The notes under the pieces were generated by a model. The model had not been told where the DNA came from, did not search any database, and saw only the letters and a program-made list of their open reading frames with translations. A stretch of DNA of 24,000 nucleotides from Lachnospiraceae bacterium 46-15. GTDB lineage: Bacteria > Bacillota > Clostridia > Lachnospirales > Lachnospiraceae. The position numbers and the translations under genes are program-made. This document shows, piece by piece, positions 17,294-24,000 of the stretch; position 1 is the first letter of the stretch; every line of letters begins with the position of its first letter. The stretch is taken from assembly GCA_041223665.1 (NCBI GenBank), contig JBCLQO010000009.1, positions 61,595 to 85,594 of the forward strand. The letters run 5' to 3'.

Positions 17294-18691
17294 GTGCAGC
17301 ATATGGCAGATGAGACGAAAATACAGCTTTTTGAGCAGAAGCCTGTCCCGGCGGCGGTTATGAAGCTGGCGGTTCCGACGGTTATCAGCTCCCTGGTGAT
17401 GGTGATTTACAATCTTTCGGATACTTTCTTTGTGGGGATGGTAAACGACCCAATACAGAATGCGGCGGTTACGCTTGCGGCGCCCGTACTGCTGGCATTT
17501 AATGCGGTAAACAATCTGTTTGGGGTGGGAAGCTCCAGTATGATGAGCCGCGCTCTGGGAAAGAAAGATTATGATACGGTTGCCCGCAGCTCGGCTTTTG
17601 GGTTTTACTGTGCCTTGCTGTGCGGGGTTTTGTTCGCGGTGGTTTATACGGCAGGCAGCGGCCTGTTTTTGGAGCTGCTGGGAACAGAGGCGGAGACGGC
17701 AGGGGCAACCGCGGAATACTTAAAGTGGACGGTCAGTTTCGGGGCGGTTCCGGCAATCTTAAATGTGGTGATGGCGTATCTGGTGCGCTCTGAGGGGGCT
17801 ACCCTCCATGCCAGCATCGGCACGATGAGCGGCTGTCTGCTGAATATTGTGCTGGACCCTATTTTTATCCTTCCTTGGGGGCTGAATATGGGAGCGGCAG
17901 GCGCGGGATTTGCGACGTTCCTTTCGAACTGTTTTGCCTGCCTTTATTTCTTTGTGCTTCTGTTTGTAAAGAAGAAAAGTACCAGCGTCTGCATCCGCCC
18001 GTCTATGTTTGGATTCCGGAAGAAGATTCTGCTGGGCGTGTGCGGTGTGGGTATCCCCGCAGCGATACAGAACATCTTGAATGTAACGGGAATGACGATT
18101 CTGAACAATTTTACTTCCGGTTATGGCTCGGACGTGGTGGCGGCGATGGGAATCGCCCAGAAAATCAATATGGTGCCTCTTTATATTGCACTGGGGCTGT
18201 CACAGGGAATTATGCCTCTGGTGAGTTACAATTATGCCAGCGGAAATGGCAGGCGCATGAAGGAGGCGGTGCTGTTTTCTGTGAAAATATCGGCTGTTTT
18301 TATGGCGGCTACCACGCTGGTTTATTATTTGGGGGCGGATTTTTGGACGTCGCTGTTCATGAAAAATGAGGTGATTGTTGCGTATGGAGGCCGTTTCCTG
18401 CAGGGGCTTTCCCTGTCGCTTCCGTTCCTGGCCATTGATTTTCTGGCAGTAGGAGTTTTTCAGGCGTGCGGTATGGGAAGCTGGGCGTTTGTTTTTGCGA
18501 TTTTGCGGAAAATTGTTTTTGAAATTCCGGCGCTGTATATTCTGGACAGGCTGTTTCCGCTCTATGGGCTTACTTATGCCCAATTTACGGCGGAGCTCAT
18601 TTTGTCTGCAGCAGCAGTTCTGGTGCTTGTGCGGATTTTTAAAAGGATGCCCGGCGGCGTTTCGGCAGAGGGAAAAAGGGATTCTGTTTGA
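17294..18691 (+). CDS. MATE family efflux transporter
   Basis: 12-TM pattern, VPTVISSLVMVIYNLSDTFFVG and GSSSMMSRALGKKD motifs; likely ATG at 17303. Confidence 0.93.
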   Translation: MQHMADETKIQLFEQKPVPAAVMKLAVPTVISSLVMVIYNLSDTFFVGMVNDPIQNAAVTLAAPVLLAFNAVNNLFGVGSSSMMSRALGKKDYDTVARSSAFGFYCALLCGVLFAVVYTAGSGLFLELLGTEAETAGATAEYLKWTVSFGAVPAILNVVMAYLVRSEGATLHASIGTMSGCLLNIVLDPIFILPWGLNMGAAGAGFATFLSNCFACLYFFVLLFVKKKSTSVCIRPSMFGFRKKILLGVCGVGIPAAIQNILNVTGMTILNNFTSGYGSDVVAAMGIAQKINMVPLYIALGLSQGIMPLVSYNYASGNGRRMKEAVLFSVKISAVFMAATTLVYYLGADFWTSLFMKNEVIVAYGGRFLQGLSLSLPFLAIDFLAVGVFQACGMGSWAFVFAILRKIVFEIPALYILDRLFPLYGLTYAQFTAELILSAAAVLVLVRIFKRMPGGVSAEGKRDSV

Positions 18692-19797
18692 TGGGGGATG
18701 GTATGGGGAATTTATTTTGGAGGAGAAATCCTTATGATATCCAGGGGACGGACGCAGTATTTTTGCAGAAGGTGGTTGAGAATGCGCTGTTCCAGTATGA
18801 TAACTGCGGGGAATACCGCCGATTGCTGGAGCAAAGGGGCTTTACGCGGGAAAGGATTTTGAAGCTGGGAGCGCCGGAGGAGCTGCCGTTTCTGCCAACG
18901 CTGTATTTTAAACATCACAGGCTTTTGTCGGTGCCGGAAAAGAAGCTGAAAATGAAAACCACTTCATCGGGAACCAGCGGGAATAAAAGCATGGTGGGAT
19001 TTGATATGAAAAGCCTCTGGGCGGGGCTTGGGATGGTTCTGGCGATGGGCGGGAGACATAAGCTGTTTTCGGCTGTCCCCAGCCATTATGTAATCCTGGG
19101 ATATGAATATAACCGCCATGAGAGCATGGTGATTATGAAAACCGCATACGGGCAGACCTGGTTTACGCCTGCATTGTCAAAAACTTATGCGCTGGCATAT
19201 AAGAATGGGAAATACATGCTCCAGCTAGAGCGTGTCAAGGAACAGCTGATACGGCTGAGCCGGCAGAGGTTCCCGGTACGGATTTTGGGATTTCCTTTCC
19301 ATGCGGCGTGGCTCCTGAATCAGATGAAAGAAGAAGGAATCCGTTTAAATCTTCCCAAAGGTTCCCGGATGATGTTCGGCGGCGGATGGAAAAAGCATTT
19401 TTCTGAACGGGTGGATAAGGAGACAATGTACCGCCTGGTCTATGAGGTTCTTGGCATTCCGGAAGAAAACTGTCTGGAATTTTTTGGGGCGGCGGAGCAC
19501 CCTATTTTGTACTGCACATGTCCCAGGCATCATTTCCATGTCCCGGTTTATGCCAGGGTGGTAATCCGTGATACAGATACTTATGAACCAGTGCCAAATG
19601 GCACGCCGGGACTGGTGAATCTGATTACACCAATGATGAACAGTGCGCCAGTAATTAGTATTATGACAGATGATTTGGGCATTCTGCACGATGGTTCTGC
19701 ATGTGGCTGCGGGATTCAGACCCCTTATCTGGAAATCCTGGGGAGGGTGGGGATAGAAGATATTACGACCTGCGCAGCGGGTGCAGAGAAACTATAG
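18688..19797 (+). CDS. LuxE-like acyl-protein synthetase
   Basis: LPTLYFKHHRLLSVP ... MKTTSSGTSGNKSMVGFD (ANL-type P-loop-like motif) ... FFGAAEHPILYC; overlaps the MATE gene by 4 nt and precedes a LuxC homolog. Confidence 0.85.
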   Translation: MMGDGMGNLFWRRNPYDIQGTDAVFLQKVVENALFQYDNCGEYRRLLEQRGFTRERILKLGAPEELPFLPTLYFKHHRLLSVPEKKLKMKTTSSGTSGNKSMVGFDMKSLWAGLGMVLAMGGRHKLFSAVPSHYVILGYEYNRHESMVIMKTAYGQTWFTPALSKTYALAYKNGKYMLQLERVKEQLIRLSRQRFPVRILGFPFHAAWLLNQMKEEGIRLNLPKGSRMMFGGGWKKHFSERVDKETMYRLVYEVLGIPEENCLEFFGAAEHPILYCTCPRHHFHVPVYARVVIRDTDTYEPVPNGTPGLVNLITPMMNSAPVISIMTDDLGILHDGSACGCGIQTPYLEILGRVGIEDITTCAAGAEKL

Positions 19798-19832
19798 AAT
19801 ATGGTAAGAAATGCAGCGGGGAGAGGTAGATT

Positions 19833-21179
19833 ATGATTTTATTTCATGGGAAGATTCTGCCTGATAAAGAGTTGGACAGGATTATGGAAGGGCTGCAGGA
19901 TTTCTGCATCCGGGCAGTTGAGGAGCAAAAACTCAGTGCGGCGAAAGTAATAGAAGCCTGTGATGTTCTTTCGGACAGGATTCGAGATGGGGTTTATGAT
20001 GAAATCCTGCAGCCGCTTTTGGAGAAAGGGGTATTTACGGAACATCAGCTGGAAGAGGCAGTTACGTTTTTCTGCCGTGAAAATCTGGAGTACAAATACC
20101 GGACGGAACTGGGGAGCCTATACAGGTATCCTGATGTGCAGAACTCTAGCGGCCGGACGCTGGGCAAAATGGAATGCCAAACAGAAAATCCTGGGGATTT
20201 ACAGCCGCCGGGATATAGCGGCACAGTCAGGCGGCGTCTTATGCCGCTTGGAGTTTTGTTCCATATCGCGGCCGGAAATGCGGAAGGGCTTCCCTTTTAC
20301 AGCGTTATAGAAGGGCTGCTGATGGGAAATGTAAATATTTTAAAGCTGCCCTCTGCGGATGACGGGCTGTCGGCGCTTCTTTTGCAGGAATTGATGAAAA
20401 TTAACCCGGATTTGGTGCCCTATCTAACAGTTTTTGATATTCCGTCTACAAATCTGGAGATGCTTCAAAAGGTTGGGGAAATGGCGGATGCCATCGTAGT
20501 CTGGGGCGGGGATGAGGCCATCCGTGCGGCGAGGAGTCTGGCCGGTGCGGGGACTCAGATAATCAGCTGGGGGCATAAACTGAGCTTTGCGTATGCCGTC
20601 TCGGATGCACCAGAGGAGGAGCTTCGCAGGCTGGCATCTCATATTTGTGTGACGAACCAGCTTCTGTGCAGTTCTTGCCAGGGGATTTTTGCAGATACGG
20701 AGGATATGGAAGCTGTGGAGCTCCTGGGGCGGCGGTTTCTTGCCGTTCTGGAGGAAGAAGGCAGAAGATATCCGCAGCTTCATCTGGGAATCCGCGGGAA
20801 AGTTGGGATTTCCCTTTATAATGAGGAATTGGAAGCTCCGGTTTCCCGACGGAAAATACTCAGGGGGAAAGGCGTCAGCGTGATTTTGGCGCAAGACCAT
20901 ACGCTGGAATTATCCTATATGTTCCGGAACTGCTGGGTAAAGCCCCTGCCTAGAAAAGAAATCGTAAAGGCATTAAAGCCGTATCGGGGTTATCTGCAGA
21001 CCGTAGGGCTTATCTGTCCCAGGACAGACAGGGCGTATCTGGAGGAGCAGCTTTTTAAAGCCGGGGTTGTCCGTATCACAGATGCGGGAGGAATGTCCGA
21101 TATGGTGGCGGGCGGCGGTCATGACGGGGAGTATCCGCTGAGGAGGTACAGCAGGATTGTGGAAGTATATAAACAGTAA
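19833..21179 (+). CDS. LuxC-like acyl-CoA reductase
   Basis: LFHIAAGNAEGLPFYSVIEGLLMGNVNILKLPSADDG, VVWGGDEAIRAARS, and candidate catalytic Cys in TNQLLCSSCQGIFAD. Confidence 0.88.
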   Translation: MILFHGKILPDKELDRIMEGLQDFCIRAVEEQKLSAAKVIEACDVLSDRIRDGVYDEILQPLLEKGVFTEHQLEEAVTFFCRENLEYKYRTELGSLYRYPDVQNSSGRTLGKMECQTENPGDLQPPGYSGTVRRRLMPLGVLFHIAAGNAEGLPFYSVIEGLLMGNVNILKLPSADDGLSALLLQELMKINPDLVPYLTVFDIPSTNLEMLQKVGEMADAIVVWGGDEAIRAARSLAGAGTQIISWGHKLSFAYAVSDAPEEELRRLASHICVTNQLLCSSCQGIFADTEDMEAVELLGRRFLAVLEEEGRRYPQLHLGIRGKVGISLYNEELEAPVSRRKILRGKGVSVILAQDHTLELSYMFRNCWVKPLPRKEIVKALKPYRGYLQTVGLICPRTDRAYLEEQLFKAGVVRITDAGGMSDMVAGGGHDGEYPLRRYSRIVEVYKQ

Positions 21180-21203
21180 TGCCGGATGAACATAATGTAA
21201 AGA

Positions 21204-21232
21204 TTGTATTTTCTACCGGGATTCGCTATACT
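21204..21232 (+). promoter_or_regulatory. candidate internal promoter for lipoprotein-hflX
   Basis: TTGTAT (21204-21209), 17-nt spacer, TATACT (21227-21232). Confidence 0.35.
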
Positions 21233-21280
21233 AAGCCTAAATGGGCTTTGAAAGCCCGTGTTGTGAAAAGAGGGGATGAC

Positions 21281-22360
21281 ATGGAAAGCAGCATCAGGAA
21301 CGGATATGGGAACAGAAGAAGATATAGAAAGACGGCGGCAGTATTCCTTATGGCGCTTCTGCTGGCAGGGTGCCAGAAGGGAGAGAGGGAGCTTACCGAG
21401 GTAGAAATCGGGATGGAAGCTGTCGGTAAGGGTGATTACAAGGGCGCTTTGGCGTCTTTTGAGGCAGAGATTGCAGGAGAAGGAGATTTGCTCCGGGCGT
21501 ATCGGGGAGCAGGGATGGCATATATGGGGATGGGCGAGTATGAACAGGCAGTCCAGCTCTTTGACGCGGCGCTCCATGAGACGGACGAGAAGCAGGAGGA
21601 AAACAGAAAGGATATCCTGTATTATAAAGCGGCGGCGCTGTACCGCCAGCAGGACTATGACGGGACGATTGGGGTATGCAGGGAAATCCTGGATATTGCT
21701 CAGGAGGGGGATGCGCTTTATCTGACCGGGACATGCTATCTGGAGAAGGGCGATGAAGAGGCGGCGCAGATGAACTTTGATTTGGCGGTGCAGGCCGCGC
21801 CCAAGGATTATGATATATACCTGAATATTTATGAGAGTTACAAGGAAAAGAAACAGTCGGCGAAGGGAGCGGAGTATCTTCAGCAGGCGCTTCAGGTTGA
21901 GAGCGGAAAGCAGGAGGATGCTTATTATAAAGCCAGGATTTATTACAACCTGGAGAACTATGAGGAGGCGGGCGCGCAGCTTACCGGGCTTTTAGAAGAA
22001 AAGAATGGGGATGCGCTGCTTCTGATGGGAAAGATTTATCTGGCAGTGGAAGACCCTGCACGTTCGGCCAAGATGTATGAGCAGTATCTTGCGGAAATCG
22101 GGGAGAGCCCTGAGGCGTACAACGGGATTGTCTTGGCAAAAATGGCGCAGCAGGACTATGACGCAGCGCTTGCTGCTGTGGCAAAGGGGCTGGCGCTGGA
22201 TACGGAACAGGGAAAACAATCTCTGCTTTATAACGAGATTGTGGCTTATGAACATAAGGGAGAATTTACGGCGGCAAAGGTGAAAGCCGAGATTTATATG
22301 GAAAAATATCCTGCCGATGAGGCGGGACGGAAAGAATATGAGTTTCTTTTGAACCGTTAA
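21281..22360 (+). CDS. TPR-repeat lipoprotein
   Basis: RRRYRKTAAVFLMALLLAGC lipobox followed by several TPR-like units; ORF opens at 21179 but the start at 21281 has SD AGGGG and a proper signal peptide. Confidence 0.8.
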   Translation: MESSIRNGYGNRRRYRKTAAVFLMALLLAGCQKGERELTEVEIGMEAVGKGDYKGALASFEAEIAGEGDLLRAYRGAGMAYMGMGEYEQAVQLFDAALHETDEKQEENRKDILYYKAAALYRQQDYDGTIGVCREILDIAQEGDALYLTGTCYLEKGDEEAAQMNFDLAVQAAPKDYDIYLNIYESYKEKKQSAKGAEYLQQALQVESGKQEDAYYKARIYYNLENYEEAGAQLTGLLEEKNGDALLLMGKIYLAVEDPARSAKMYEQYLAEIGESPEAYNGIVLAKMAQQDYDAALAAVAKGLALDTEQGKQSLLYNEIVAYEHKGEFTAAKVKAEIYMEKYPADEAGRKEYEFLLNR

Positions 22361-22377
22361 CGGGAAGGAGGCACAGT

Positions 22378-23625
22378 ATGGAAGCATTTGAGCTGAAAGA
22401 GATAGAAGAGAGAGTTATCCTGGTGGGGGTTCAGGAAAATAATGGGGAAGATACGGAAGAGTCCCTCCAGGAACTGGCAGAGCTGGTGCGCACGGCGGGC
22501 GCAGAGGCGGTGGGCAGCCTGATTCAGAACAGGGAGGCCATTCACCCGGGAACCTACATTGGAAAAGGAAAAATCGAGGAGCTGCGGGCGATGGCAGATA
22601 TGCTGGATGCCACCGGGATCGTGTGCGATGATGAATTGTCCCCGGCACAGCTTCGGAATCTGGAGCAGGAGCTGGACATGAAGGTTATGGACAGGACGCT
22701 GATTATTCTGGATATTTTTGCGGCGCGGGCGAGCACGAATGAAGGAAAAATACAGGTGGAGCTTGCCCAGCTCAAATACCGCCAGGCGCGTCTGGTGGGG
22801 CTGCGTGATTCCCTTTCCAGGCTGGGAGGAGGTATCGGGACAAGAGGGCCGGGAGAGAAGAAGCTGGAGATGGACAGGCGTCTGATTAAGGATCGTATCG
22901 CTCAGCTGAACCGGGAGCTGGCTGACGTGAAGCGGCACCGGGAGGTGACAAGGGCAAAGCGCAGTAAGAATAAGGCTCCGGTGGCGGCCATCGTGGGTTA
23001 TACCAATGCGGGAAAGTCCACGCTTTTAAATACGCTGACAGGGGCGGGAGTTCTGCAGGAGGATAAGCTATTTGCGACTCTGGACCCTACAACACGGACG
23101 CTGGAGATGGAGGGGGGCGCACAGATTCTGCTCACGGATACGGTAGGGTTTATCCGCAAACTGCCCCATCATCTGATAGAGGCGTTCCGCAGTACCCTGG
23201 AGGAAGCGAAGTATGCTGATATTATTCTTCATGTGGTAGACGCATCGAATCCGCAGATGGAAAAGCAGATGCATGTAGTCTACGAAACGCTGGCAAACCT
23301 GGGCGTGAAGGATAAGACGATGGTGACGCTGTTTAACAAACAGGACAGGGTAGTGGAAAAGGAAAACCTGCGTGACTTTAAGGCGGATTACTGCCTGAAG
23401 ATTTCCGCAAAGACAGGGGAGGGGCTGGAAGATATGAAATCCCTTCTGGAGAAGCTTCTCCGGGAGCGCAGCGTACTGATTGAACGGACGTATCCTTACG
23501 GACAGGCGGGGCTTATCCAGCTCATAAGGAAGCATGGGCAGCTTCTTGAGGAGGAATACCGCCCCGAGGGAATCTATGTGAAAGCGTATGTGCCAATGGA
23601 AATTTATGGAAACGTGGCACTGTAA
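22378..23625 (+). CDS. hflX: GTPase HflX
   Basis: GRIGTRGPGEKKLEMDRR-type HflX domain, G1 GYTNAGKSTLLN, DTVGFIRKLPHHLIEAFRSTLEE, NKQD. Confidence 0.96.
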   Translation: MEAFELKEIEERVILVGVQENNGEDTEESLQELAELVRTAGAEAVGSLIQNREAIHPGTYIGKGKIEELRAMADMLDATGIVCDDELSPAQLRNLEQELDMKVMDRTLIILDIFAARASTNEGKIQVELAQLKYRQARLVGLRDSLSRLGGGIGTRGPGEKKLEMDRRLIKDRIAQLNRELADVKRHREVTRAKRSKNKAPVAAIVGYTNAGKSTLLNTLTGAGVLQEDKLFATLDPTTRTLEMEGGAQILLTDTVGFIRKLPHHLIEAFRSTLEEAKYADIILHVVDASNPQMEKQMHVVYETLANLGVKDKTMVTLFNKQDRVVEKENLRDFKADYCLKISAKTGEGLEDMKSLLEKLLRERSVLIERTYPYGQAGLIQLIRKHGQLLEEEYRPEGIYVKAYVPMEIYGNVAL

Positions 23626-23665
23626 GGGTGCGGCGCGGTATTCACAATATGTCTCATCTATTTAT

Positions 23666-23720
23666 AAAAACACTACATTTTGTAATGACGAAACAAATTT
23701 GTCATATATGTAGTGTTTTT
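23666..23720 (+). terminator. intrinsic terminator downstream of hflX
   Basis: AAAAACACTACAT (23666-23678) / ATGTAGTGTTTTT (23708-23720), 13-bp stem with inner TGAC..GTCA pairing, followed by TCG. Confidence 0.6.
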
Positions 23721-23725
23721 TCGTG

Positions 23726-23754
23726 TTGACGCTGTAATATATCTCTGATAGAAT
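23726..23754 (+). promoter_or_regulatory. candidate promoter for nrdD
   Basis: TTGACG (23726-23731), 17-nt spacer, TAGAAT (23749-23754). Confidence 0.55.
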
Positions 23755-23860
23755 AGAACGTGCCTGTTCAGCCAGGCTGAACGGCTGTGAGAAACGGAGA
23801 AAACATTAAGCGCACATTTGGGGCGCATGCGATAGGTTTTGCATGGAAGGAGAAACGGTA

Positions 23861-24000
23861 TGTTCAAGGTAGTAAAAAGAGACGGAGAAGTTGCGGAGTT
23901 TAATCTGGAGAAGATTTCCGATGCCATTGCGAAAGCATTTGACGCCACGGAGATGCAGTATAACGGAGATATCACGGGGCTGCTGGCTCTGCGGGTGACG
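23861..24000 (+). CDS. nrdD: anaerobic ribonucleoside-triphosphate reductase, N-terminal ATP-cone (truncated by window edge)
   Basis: MFKVVKRDGEVAEFNLEKISDAIAKAFDATEMQYNGDITGLLALRVT, ATP-cone pattern; SD GAAGGAG. Confidence 0.8.

Noticed and set aside
17875-18369. 164-aa plus ORF within the MATE gene
   Set aside because: Out-of-frame shadow of a strongly supported transporter.
21432-21725. Small ORFs on both strands within the TPR lipoprotein gene
   Set aside because: Shadow ORFs in GC-balanced coding sequence, no independent RBS or family signal.

Overview
Window from a Firmicutes chromosome (probably Lachnospiraceae/Clostridia; inferred from gene content). Most genes look like housekeeping or core metabolism: DUF885 protein (partial), murA, membrane protein, pgi, HD-domain protein, GntR/ABC transporter operon, DUF554 protein, VanZ-like protein, M-box-controlled mgtE, MATE exporter, luxE-like and luxC-like genes, TPR lipoprotein, hflX, and nrdD (partial). 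The main find is a two-gene cassette at 8833-14126. It encodes a ~900-aa P-loop ATPase followed by an ~855-aa divergent adenosine deaminase that keeps every canonical ADA metal/catalytic motif (HFH, HAGE, RIGHG, NTDD). This matches the RADAR anti-phage system (rdrA-rdrB). The architecture is already described, but here it is a Firmicutes, apparently accessory-free version with its own candidate promoter and a 13-bp shared terminator hairpin, placed between housekeeping genes. Secondary points of interest are two unannotated small ORFs (27 and 34 aa, overlapping) between the M-box riboswitch and mgtE, a MATE-luxE-luxC cluster without luciferase or luxD, a Pro/Tyr-rich 33-nt repeat tail on the VanZ-like protein, and a palindrome over the GntR promoter.
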